24,000 nt of DNA from Pseudomonadales bacterium (lineage in GTDB: Bacteria > Pseudomonadota > Gammaproteobacteria > Pseudomonadales > Azotimanducaceae): the NCBI GenBank assembly GCA_028280225.1, contig JANQMF010000025.1, positions 1 through 24,000 on the forward strand, written 5' to 3'. The notes under the pieces were generated by a model. That model was given only the letters and a program-made list of their open reading frames with translations. It was not told the origin of the DNA and ran no database searches. The translations under genes were made by a program, and so were the position numbers. Below, piece by piece: positions 15,384 through 23,125 of the stretch. How positions within the stretch are numbered: position 1 is the stretch's first letter; each line of letters starts with the position of its first letter.

Positions 15384-16616
15384 ATGCCTTACCCCATCGT
15401 GGCGTATGTCCTCTTGTTGGTCTTGTGCCCAACCATTGCCGCGGGAGCGTCGACGGACTTATTTGACTTTGATCTTAACGCCGCCGCCCCAAGCCAGGTG
15501 GATGATCGCTGGCGTATCGCCGGATTCGCCGAATCCAGACTGCAATATACCCAATCCGGAGACTGGCTCTCGCGGCGCCACGCGGGTCAAATTGAAGTAC
15601 GCTACCAGCACAGGCAATGGCGCAGCTTTGTGGCCGGCCGGGTCCAGTACGACGGTCCCACACGATCCTACAGCACCCCCCTGCGCAGCGAGCTTGTGGA
15701 AGCCTACATTACCCATGCCGGTCAAGACCGGGATATCACCCTGGGTAAACAGCGGGTGGCATGGGGTACCGCGGATGGGGTCAGCACCATCGACCGGGTC
15801 AACGCCATCGACCTGCGCGACCCTGTCGGAAATGCACGCACCGCTTCGCGCAGACCGTCCTGGTTAGTCAAATGGCGCCAGAAAGTTGGGGCGGGTGATC
15901 TGGAAGCGGTTTGGTTGCCCCGGGGGCGGGACCGCAAACTCCCGGAGTTCGGCAGCCCCTGGGAGCCATCCAGTCTGCACACCTTGCGCGCCGGGGCAAA
16001 GTCCAATGGTACTGTACTTGATATCCGGGACTTTCACCGGCCCGAAGGCGGGCTGCGCTACACGGTTTACGGCCGGGGGGTGGACTGGGGCGTTGCACTG
16101 TTTGAAGGTTATACCGACGCACCCGTCATTTTGGCCGCAACACCGGATGGTCTACGCCTCTCCCCCGAGAAAATCCGCACCTGGAACGTAAATACCGCCT
16201 TTGCCTACGCCGGCAGTACTTTTCGTGCGGAAATCGCCTATACCCCACAACTTACCACCGCGGGCACGCGCAGTAAGCTGGTCCAGGCCGTGGTCGGCTG
16301 GGACCGAACCTTTTTTGCGAATCTATACATTAACGTACAACTGTTTGCTGACCGGTTTACCAGCATTGACAGAACCGATCAGGGCATCACCTTTGCCGTC
16401 ACTAACAAAACCTTGAACGATTCCGTCACGTACGGTACCCGCGGGCAGGTGACCAGTGGTGCACAATCTGCCGTTGAAGTTTTCGCCGATTACAACGTTA
16501 ACGATGCCTGGCTATTGTCTTTGCGCACCTTAAAGTTCTCAGGGCGTAGCGGCACCGCGCTTGATGACTTTGACAACAACGATCTTGTTGAGCTGACTGC
16601 CCGTTGGTCGTTTTAG
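15384..16616 (+). CDS. Predicted outer-membrane beta-barrel protein (DUF1302-like/porin-like)
   Basis: Signal peptide MPYPIVAYVLLLVLCPTIAAGA. Alternating beta-strand-like segments. …LVEAYITHAGQDRDITLGKQRVAWGTADG… resembles the DUF1302 motif. The C-terminus …LTARWSF ends in an aromatic residue, the usual OMP signature. It starts 5 nt after the upstream stop. Confidence 0.6.
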   Translation: MPYPIVAYVLLLVLCPTIAAGASTDLFDFDLNAAAPSQVDDRWRIAGFAESRLQYTQSGDWLSRRHAGQIEVRYQHRQWRSFVAGRVQYDGPTRSYSTPLRSELVEAYITHAGQDRDITLGKQRVAWGTADGVSTIDRVNAIDLRDPVGNARTASRRPSWLVKWRQKVGAGDLEAVWLPRGRDRKLPEFGSPWEPSSLHTLRAGAKSNGTVLDIRDFHRPEGGLRYTVYGRGVDWGVALFEGYTDAPVILAATPDGLRLSPEKIRTWNVNTAFAYAGSTFRAEIAYTPQLTTAGTRSKLVQAVVGWDRTFFANLYINVQLFADRFTSIDRTDQGITFAVTNKTLNDSVTYGTRGQVTSGAQSAVEVFADYNVNDAWLLSLRTLKFSGRSGTALDDFDNNDLVELTARWSF

Positions 16617-16641
16617 CCTGGCTCGTTTCGCAAGCCCAGCG

Positions 16642-16755
16642 CTAAAGCACCAGCACCCAACTGAGGGCATAAAGGACCACGGTTAATCCCGCCGCGGCTA
16701 CCCAGCCGGCAATCACGGAGATGCGCACCAGACGTTGATGTGTTCTTTGATTCAT
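16642..16755 (-). CDS. Small single-pass membrane peptide (37 aa), translationally coupled to the upstream 160-aa ORF
   Basis: Not in the ORF track because it is under 60 aa. My translation is MNQRTHQRLVRISVIAGWVAAAGLTVVLYALSWVLVL*. The N-terminus is basic and is followed by one TM helix. Its ATG (16753-16755) shares the A with the upstream TGA (16755-16757), giving TGATG. Confidence 0.4.
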   Translation of the reverse strand: MNQRTHQRLVRISVIAGWVAAAGLTVVLYALSWVLVL

Positions 16756-17237
16756 CAGGTCTTAACCAGTGAAAGTGCGCGGATACCGGTACAGTGCAGA
16801 TCCACCGCCGCCAGTTGTTCAACATAGTCGCCTGCTGCCCGGCGGAAGGTAAAGTTAAGCCGGCCACCAATCATCCCGGACAATTCCACCTGGGCCTTGG
16901 CGTCCTGGCCCCGCTGTATGGCCTGCAGCACACGAACCAGGATATGTTCATCCCCGCTTAAGGTTTCGCTGTTACAAAAGTGTATACACACCGGCCGATA
17001 CGCTGCTGCGGATATCAACATCATGATTTCATCAATGAGCGGCAAGGCGGCCACACAGCCAATTTCGTGGTAGCGGCCGACCAGCAGCCGCACAACACAT
17101 TGTCGCTGCCGTGCGGCCCTTACCCAGGTCCTGACACTCCAGACAAACAACTCTGCCCCCGGAGATAGCGCAGACAACTTAATTTGCGGCGCCGAATTGC
17201 GACTGCATTCAAGTGGTTTGATGTCCTGATTATCCAA
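16755..17237 (-). CDS. Hypothetical Cys-rich cytoplasmic protein, Fur-box controlled
   Basis: 160-aa ORF with a TTG start preceded by AAGAGG and a 6-nt spacer. It has six Cys and no signal peptide or TM segment. I recognise no family. It lies directly downstream of the best promoter and Fur box in the window. Confidence 0.6.
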   Translation of the reverse strand: MDNQDIKPLECSRNSAPQIKLSALSPGAELFVWSVRTWVRAARQRQCVVRLLVGRYHEIGCVAALPLIDEIMMLISAAAYRPVCIHFCNSETLSGDEHILVRVLQAIQRGQDAKAQVELSGMIGGRLNFTFRRAAGDYVEQLAAVDLHCTGIRALSLVKT

Positions 17238-17276
17238 TCTTGACCTCTTCTTAATATGGTGGCGAGATTGGCCTTG

Positions 17277-17305
17277 ATATTATTGCAAATGAGAATCATT
17301 TGCAA
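17277..17305 (-). promoter_or_regulatory. Sigma70-type promoter with embedded palindromic Fur box
   Basis: TTGCAAATGAGAATCATTTGCAA is a near-perfect palindrome; the core 19-mer is GCAAATGAGAATCATTTGC at 17285-17303. Read on the - strand it gives -35 TTGCAA (17305-17300), a 17-nt spacer, then -10 TAATAT (17282-17277). The Fur site therefore occupies the spacer. Confidence 0.75.
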
Positions 17306-17415
17306 TTAGTGAGCGGTTGATGTGCGATTGATGAACGATCGGCGAACAGGCAGGGTGGGTGGCTTAAGGCACACCACCCGGAGCATAGCCGGCTGTGGCC
17401 TGACAGCGGGTGCCT

Positions 17416-17445
17416 GTCCCAATACGAAGTAGTCCCGATACGAAG
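17416..17445. repeat. Direct repeat GTCCCRATACGAAG x2 (16-nt period) in the leader of the TBDR gene
   Basis: gtcccAatacgaag (17416-17429) and gtcccGatacgaag (17432-17445). A second direct repeat, ggcccacctc, occurs at 17476-17485 and 17529-17538. Confidence 0.5.
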
Positions 17446-17557
17446 CATCTGAGGACCGCAAATTCAGGCTAAAAAGGCCCACCTCGTTGGGGTTTCGTTG
17501 AGACATCCCAACCTTTTCTCATAACCATGGCCCACCTCTGTAAATGGTCCTGCCACA

Positions 17558-19759
17558 ATGCCAAAACCAACCTCCCATCTTGCCAGCCTGTGGGTGATTT
17601 ATTGCCTGACGTTTACCCTGAGCCTTATCCCTGAATGTCATGCTCAGGCTTCGCCCCAGAGCGCCCCCATCGAGGAAATTGTCATCCGGGCACAAAAAAG
17701 AGACCAGACCTTGCAAGACGTTCCCCTCAGCCTGAGCCTGGTTGACGCGCAGCAACTGGACCAGGGTGGCGCCGCAAGCCTTCAGGATGTGGGTTATTGG
17801 CAACCCAATGTGCGCCTCAGTCCGCAAATCACCGTCTCCCACTACGCCAACTTTTACATCCGCGGCATGGGTTTAAATGGTTCCGTGGTATCTGATGAGC
17901 CGGCGGTGGGCGTTTTTGTAGACGATCTTTATCTGGGTTTTGGCGGTGGAGTGCTCACCGACTTTGTCGACGTGGACAGCGTGCAGATACTGCGGGGGCC
18001 CCAAGGCACCCTTTACGGCCACAGTACCACCGCCGGGGTGGTTAAGTTGACCCACCAACCTCCGGTTTTTCACCCGGGATTTACAGCCAAGGTTAAATTG
18101 GGTTCCGATAAATTCCGCTCCCTGGCTGCGACCATGACCAATCAGCTGGACCGCAATGGCCATTGGGCCGGCCGTTTGAGTGTTTTGACCAAGGAACAAG
18201 ACGGCGCCTACCGCAATATTCACCCCCTGGGCGAGGACATTGGCGCCGCCAGGCTGAAAGTTATCAAACCAAGCCTGCGCTGGCTTCCGAACGATAACTT
18301 TGAGTCTTTGCTGCGCCTGGAGGCGGGCAAATCCACCAGTACCGTGGGGCCTCGCTACGCCTTGCTGGAAGGCAGCAATAACAGGGTGGAACGCCTCTTT
18401 GACCTGCACCAAGTGCCACGGCCGGATGAAGGCACCCTGATGCTCAACAACACCCCTGATCTTCAGGGCAGGTGGGCTCAGGCGGTCTTAACCGTGGATG
18501 TAGGTTTAACCCTGGGTGAACTTAAATCCATCACCGGCTATCGCACCTATGATCAGGAAATTGCCGCTGACGCTGACGGTTCCCCGTTTACCGTTTTTGA
18601 GTTTTCTGACGACACCGAAATTAATCAGCATCAAGTCAGCCAGGAGTTTGTTTTCAATATGGATAACAGCTGGATGGCAATAACCACAGGCGCCTACTTT
18701 TTCAAGCAGCATATACACTATCGGGAACACCGGCTGATGGACACGAATACCGATAGTTATAACGAACAGTGGAGCCTTGGCGAACTGGACCACAGCAGCT
18801 GGTCCTTGTTTGCACACACGGAATGGGACATCACCCCCCGTCTGACTCTGGGATTGGGGGCGCGTTACAATACCGAAACAAAATCCGCAGACTATGCCCT
18901 GCGCGCCAGGCAACCTGACCCGCCCTGCGTGAATGGATTTGCATCATGTGTACCCACATTTTCGGATCGTCACACCTGGCGCAGCTGGGTGCCCAAGATC
19001 AGTCTGCAACGGTACTTAAATGACATGAGTCATCTTTTTGCCCAGGTCAGCCGCGGCTTTAGAAGTGGCGGCTTTAACATGCGCGCGGTGCTACCGTCTC
19101 CGGTTGGACCCTATAAGCCGGAACAGGTTACCGCTTATGAGGTGGGCTACAAGATGCACCTGGCCGACCATGGCGCGAATCTGAATATAGCGGCGTTCTA
19201 CAACGTCTACGATGACCTGCAAAAAACGGCCCTGGACAATGATGGTAATCAATCCATCTTGAATGCCGCGGCAGCCAATATCCGGGGTATCGAAATCACC
19301 GGCACGCTGCAGCCGACAACGTATCTCGCCTTAAACATCAGTGTTGGGCGCATGTGGGCAGGTTATAAGTCCTTTGCGGGTTTGGATGTTGACGGTGACG
19401 GGGTGCCGGATCCGGAACTGGCAAGGTCTTTAGACTTGCCGGACGTCCCCAGTTGGACTGCCGCCTTTCAAGCTGCCCTGACACACGACTTGGGATGGGC
19501 CATTCTCGATCTGAATCTGGACTACAGTTTTACCTCCGGCTTTATGACCAACGAAGTGAATACCGCTGAAGTTGACGGTTACTCACTGTTTAACGCAACC
19601 ATCGGGGTCACCTGGGGTGACCACTGGAGCGCACGCTTATACGGCCGCAACCTGCTGGATAAATTGCACTATATCAGCAGCTTCAAAACCTCTTGCTGCA
19701 CCGTCGGTGACCGAGGCCCTGTCCGGGAGTATGGTCTAAGTCTGCAATATGCGTTGTGA
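17558..19759 (+). CDS. TonB-dependent receptor (non-heme subfamily; substrate unknown)
   Basis: Signal peptide …LIPECHA/QA. The plug reads IEEIVIRAQKRDQTLQDVPLSLSLV…ILRGPQGTLYGHSTTAGVV, and the barrel contains …RGFRSGGFN… This is the same subfamily as the receptor at 20643-23096. Confidence 0.9.
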   Translation: MPKPTSHLASLWVIYCLTFTLSLIPECHAQASPQSAPIEEIVIRAQKRDQTLQDVPLSLSLVDAQQLDQGGAASLQDVGYWQPNVRLSPQITVSHYANFYIRGMGLNGSVVSDEPAVGVFVDDLYLGFGGGVLTDFVDVDSVQILRGPQGTLYGHSTTAGVVKLTHQPPVFHPGFTAKVKLGSDKFRSLAATMTNQLDRNGHWAGRLSVLTKEQDGAYRNIHPLGEDIGAARLKVIKPSLRWLPNDNFESLLRLEAGKSTSTVGPRYALLEGSNNRVERLFDLHQVPRPDEGTLMLNNTPDLQGRWAQAVLTVDVGLTLGELKSITGYRTYDQEIAADADGSPFTVFEFSDDTEINQHQVSQEFVFNMDNSWMAITTGAYFFKQHIHYREHRLMDTNTDSYNEQWSLGELDHSSWSLFAHTEWDITPRLTLGLGARYNTETKSADYALRARQPDPPCVNGFASCVPTFSDRHTWRSWVPKISLQRYLNDMSHLFAQVSRGFRSGGFNMRAVLPSPVGPYKPEQVTAYEVGYKMHLADHGANLNIAAFYNVYDDLQKTALDNDGNQSILNAAAANIRGIEITGTLQPTTYLALNISVGRMWAGYKSFAGLDVDGDGVPDPELARSLDLPDVPSWTAAFQAALTHDLGWAILDLNLDYSFTSGFMTNEVNTAEVDGYSLFNATIGVTWGDHWSARLYGRNLLDKLHYISSFKTSCCTVGDRGPVREYGLSLQYAL

Positions 19760-19777
19760 ACAACTCAGCTCAAATGC

Positions 19778-20260
19778 TCAGGCCCCACCACCCTTATTCG
19801 ACAAAACCCCCATGGCGGCGATGATCAGCAGAACCACCACCAAAAATACACTGGGCAAACCCGGCAGGAAGCCAATGATGCTGATTAAACTGGCCTCGCC
19901 GAGAGGATTGTCACCCATGCTCAGCGCACGGTTGCCGGATGCATTCCCCAACCAGTAAAACAATGTGAAAGACCAGGCGATATATATAAAGCCGTAAGCC
20001 ATGAGCTTTTGTTTAAAGCCGGATAGATTCAACAAGGGCAACGTAAAGGCCACCGCCAACACCAGTAATCCATTTGTCACTCCGCCGGTATGGGCGCGTA
20101 CCCAGCCCTCGGTGGTGCCATATACGGGAATAGGCAAAATCCTGCCCGGCCATATTTCGAAACCGCCAATCAGATTAAACATCAGCATAAAGCCCGCCAG
20201 CATTGCCGCCAGCACCACCAATAAGCCATGGGCTATCATGGTTCGTTGTAGCTGCTCCAT
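19778..20260 (-). CDS. Styrene-oxide-isomerase (StyC/SOI)-like 4-TM membrane protein, predicted heme-b binding
   Basis: 160 aa with 4 TM helices. …MIAHGLLVV…MFNLIGGFEIWPG…TEGWVRAHTGGVTNGLLVLAVAFTLP…WSFTLFYWLGNASGNRAL… aligns along its length with my recollection of Pseudomonas StyC (…MAGHGILMI…WMNLVGGFEIIPG…PEGWARAHSGPALNGMMVIAVAFVLP…WSNVGFYLFSNFSPNRGL…). Equivalents of the SOI heme ligand and catalytic residues His58, Asn64 and Tyr103 are present as H57 (20090-20092), N63 (20072-20074) and Y102 (19955-19957). The assignment is from memory and needs HMM confirmation. Confidence 0.65.
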   Translation of the reverse strand: MEQLQRTMIAHGLLVVLAAMLAGFMLMFNLIGGFEIWPGRILPIPVYGTTEGWVRAHTGGVTNGLLVLAVAFTLPLLNLSGFKQKLMAYGFIYIAWSFTLFYWLGNASGNRALSMGDNPLGEASLISIIGFLPGLPSVFLVVVLLIIAAMGVLSNKGGGA

Positions 20261-20421
20261 CTTTTATCTCCCTCTTAAGATATCCACAAATCGTCAGGTT
20301 ACGCCCACCTCCGGCAGCATCCCCCAAGTCTCCCAAGCCTAAGACTTGCACGTATCGGCAACCAGTGCCAGCCAGTATGGTTTCTGAATGCCCCATGCAT
20401 GCAATCTGTTAGGACGAATTT

Positions 20422-20453
20422 GCTTACGCTGGGGTCTGACCCCAACGTAAGCG
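20422..20453. repeat. REP-like extragenic palindrome, copy 4
   Basis: Sequence is gcttacgctggggtctgaccccaacgtaagcg, with 15-nt arms, one mismatch and a 1-nt loop. It lies in the divergent intergenic region between the SOI-like gene and the TBDR. Confidence 0.75.
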
Positions 20454-20642
20454 GTTTTCAAGACTATTATCATAAATTATCCTTCACCGGAAATTCTTGG
20501 CGTTTCTACATTGCAATAGTTATCCCAACCCACTAGCCTTAGTGTTGACCCGCCTTGCGTATCCAGAAGTGACATGTGTCAGCAGACGCACCTAATTCCG
20601 TTTGTTTGCCGACAAGTAGCAAATTGTCTATCTGGAGGGATC

Positions 20643-23096
20643 ATGAACATATTGTCGTTTGGGGCAACCGCCTCAATCGTAGTGGCGCTGACCACAACGC
20701 CGGTTTTTGCCGCACCAGCCAGCGCACCAGCCAATGCCAATCAAGCCGGCGACATAATCGAAGAAATTGTGGTCACGTCGCGCAGGCGCAGCGAGTCCCA
20801 GCAGGATGTACCCCTGTCCGTAACCGCCTTTAACGCTGACGCCATAGAACAGATTAAACCCACCACATTGCGGGACTTCGACGGCCTGGCCCCCAATGTC
20901 TACATTGGTATGAATACCGCAGGCCCAAGCGCCAGTGCCCTTTACATTCGCGGCGTGGGCTACGCGGATATCGAAAAATCTCAAACCCCCCAGGTTGGGG
21001 TGATTGTCGACGGGGTACAGATGGGCTCTTCAACCGGACAGTTGATCGATGTATTCGATGTTGAAAGCATCGAAATTAACCGGGGGCCTCAAGGGGTACT
21101 GTTTGGCAAGAACACCATCGGCGGGAACATTGTGGTTAATCGGGTGCGCCCGGATTTTGAAGGTTTTGGCGTCAAGGCCAGCGTGGCGGCGGGTGACTAC
21201 CAGGCCCGGGATTACAAGCTGCGGCTCAACATACCCCTCAACGACAGTTGGGCGCTTAAGTTGGGAGCCATTCAACGGGAGCGCGACGGATACTATGACA
21301 ATGAGACTCTGGGACAAAGCGCCGGCGATGTTGATTTTGCCGCTCAAACCGTGGCCCTGCGCTTTAAACCCAACGAACGCATTGACGCCATCCTCACCTA
21401 CGATCGTATAGATGACACCAGCCAGATTCCCCCCCAGGACCCCCGTTATGACGGCGACGACCCCTTTGTCAATCTGGCAGACAAAGAAGAACCCGCCCTG
21501 TACCGGGTGGATCAGTTGGGGCTGCGCGTGGACCTGGACCTGAGCGATCGTGTCAGTGTGAACTCCATTACCGGCTGGAACGATGCCCACGACCGGGTCA
21601 ACCAGGACTTTGACGGCGGGCCCATTACCTCCCCCAATTTTCCATTTGCCCAGCTACACACTCTGCGCGACCAGGAATTTGAAACCTTCACCCAGGAGTT
21701 ACGTTTCAACTTTGCATTCAACACCCAGGTTGACCTGATGCTGGGCGCCTATTTCTACGACTCAGCCCTGGACTTCAACCAACGCACCAACAATATTCTG
21801 CAACTGGCTCCCAAGTTTTTTGGGGCGGGTTTGGGTGGCCTGATCCCGCCGGAAAATCACGGGGACTTTATAGGCCTGTCCTGCGCCGAAGCAGATTTGC
21901 AGTTGGAGCGCATTTTGGGGATACCCCTGGGCATCCGCCCCAACCCCGCCCTGGGTGATGCGCTGTGTCAGTTTCCCAACGCCCGCAGCACCCAGATTGC
22001 CACGGAAGATGTTGAGTCCACCTCGTTTTTTGGCGCCATCACCTATCGGCCCGTGGACACGGTGGAACTGAGCTTGGGTGCCCGGGCCATCGACGAGAAA
22101 AAGAAGGCCACCAATGCCTATTTTGATCACGGCAACGGCACTTTTGATACCGGCTCCAATGCCGACGAATTTAACTTTCAAGGCTTACCCACCACCGCGG
22201 GAACCAGCTATCAGGCCAAAGACGATTGGGACGATACCATTGTCATGGCTTCAGCAAGTTGGCGCCCCAGCAATGATATGAATCTATATGCTTCGTACTC
22301 GGAAGGTTTTCGCTCCGGTGGCTTCAGCATCCGCTCGGCCCGCAGCGCGGCTGAGGCGCTATTTGAACCCGAGACTGGAGAGCAGGTGGAAATTGGCCTA
22401 AAAAGCGAATGGTTCGACCGGCGCCTGCGGGTCAACCTGGCCTACTTCGAACTGAAAACCGAAGGGGTTCAATTCAGTTCCATCATCACCCTGCCCCCGG
22501 GCTCCATTCCCGGCACCACCACCCTGATCAACAATAGTGACACCACCACCATTAAGGGCTGGGAACTGGAAACCCGTTGGATCATCGACGAACAGTGGGC
22601 GCTGAGCGTTAACGGCGGCATCCTGGATGTGGATAACGAGCCCTTCACCATCGCCTGCGAACTGGTGGATGGCTGCGCCACCGATGACCCCGGTGTTGTA
22701 GATCCCACAGGCACCCTGCGTAACCTGGGGGGCCACGACAATTCCCGCCAACCGGATTGGAATGCCTCCGTCAACCTTTCTTTTGGCACCCAGGTTGGCC
22801 CGGGCTTTTTCAGTGCCCTGACAAGCTGGAAGAAGGTGGGGGACTTTCTATTGGTTGAAACCGGCGGGGGTGCGGATCAGCGGTTATTCGAAGGGGGTTA
22901 CAAATCCGTTGACGCCAGCCTGAGCTACGACCTTGACCTGGACCGTGGCGGCATCCTCAGTTTTTCCATTTACGGCAAGAATCTGACGGACGAGGAGTGG
23001 AAAGAGCAGGCGCTGTTCCTCGGTGGGCCCACCACCGGCTTCCAGGGCTGGGGGGCACCTAAAACCGTTGCTTTTGAGGTCCAGATTACCCACTAA
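20643..23096 (+). CDS. TonB-dependent receptor (non-heme subfamily; substrate unknown), immediately upstream of CYP153
   Basis: The start is taken at ATG 20643, preceded by GGAGGG, giving signal peptide MNILSFGATASIVVALTTTPVFA/AP. The plug reads IIEEIVVTSRRRSESQQDVPLSVTAF…INRGPQGVLFGKNTIGG, and the barrel contains …EGFRSGGFS… The C-terminus is …AFEVQITH. Confidence 0.9.
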   Translation: MNILSFGATASIVVALTTTPVFAAPASAPANANQAGDIIEEIVVTSRRRSESQQDVPLSVTAFNADAIEQIKPTTLRDFDGLAPNVYIGMNTAGPSASALYIRGVGYADIEKSQTPQVGVIVDGVQMGSSTGQLIDVFDVESIEINRGPQGVLFGKNTIGGNIVVNRVRPDFEGFGVKASVAAGDYQARDYKLRLNIPLNDSWALKLGAIQRERDGYYDNETLGQSAGDVDFAAQTVALRFKPNERIDAILTYDRIDDTSQIPPQDPRYDGDDPFVNLADKEEPALYRVDQLGLRVDLDLSDRVSVNSITGWNDAHDRVNQDFDGGPITSPNFPFAQLHTLRDQEFETFTQELRFNFAFNTQVDLMLGAYFYDSALDFNQRTNNILQLAPKFFGAGLGGLIPPENHGDFIGLSCAEADLQLERILGIPLGIRPNPALGDALCQFPNARSTQIATEDVESTSFFGAITYRPVDTVELSLGARAIDEKKKATNAYFDHGNGTFDTGSNADEFNFQGLPTTAGTSYQAKDDWDDTIVMASASWRPSNDMNLYASYSEGFRSGGFSIRSARSAAEALFEPETGEQVEIGLKSEWFDRRLRVNLAYFELKTEGVQFSSIITLPPGSIPGTTTLINNSDTTTIKGWELETRWIIDEQWALSVNGGILDVDNEPFTIACELVDGCATDDPGVVDPTGTLRNLGGHDNSRQPDWNASVNLSFGTQVGPGFFSALTSWKKVGDFLLVETGGGADQRLFEGGYKSVDASLSYDLDLDRGGILSFSIYGKNLTDEEWKEQALFLGGPTTGFQGWGAPKTVAFEVQITH

Positions 23097-23125
23097 CCGA
23101 CAGATGAAAGCCACTGTTTAGTGCT

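Noticed and set aside
16613-16870. 85-aa ORF on the minus strand overlapping the end of the 160-aa ORF and the 37-aa ORF.
   Set aside because: It is out of frame with two better-supported reading frames on the same strand. Those two have an RBS and a TGATG coupling, while this ORF has no start context of its own.
17306-17506. 66-aa ORF on the minus strand between the Fur box and the TBDR gene.
   Set aside because: Its stop abuts the -35/Fur operator of the neighbouring promoter. There is no convincing RBS, and the composition is Pro-, Arg- and Ser-rich with no motif. The region is better explained as the TBDR leader or regulatory DNA.
1-20453. Whether the four GGGGTCTGACCCC palindromes could be a CRISPR array or MITE termini.
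   Set aside because: Spacing is irregular (tens of nt up to about 20 kb). The copies are self-complementary and occur in both orientations. There are no cas genes and no target-site-duplication pattern I could see. This is consistent with REP/BIME elements instead.
20463-20481. AT-rich actattatcataaattatc upstream of the second TBDR, considered as a Fur box.
   Set aside because: Its reverse complement GATAATTTATGATAATAGT matches only about 9 of 19 consensus positions; one GATAAT hexamer fits and the rest is out of register. That is too weak to call, though it may be a different regulator's site.
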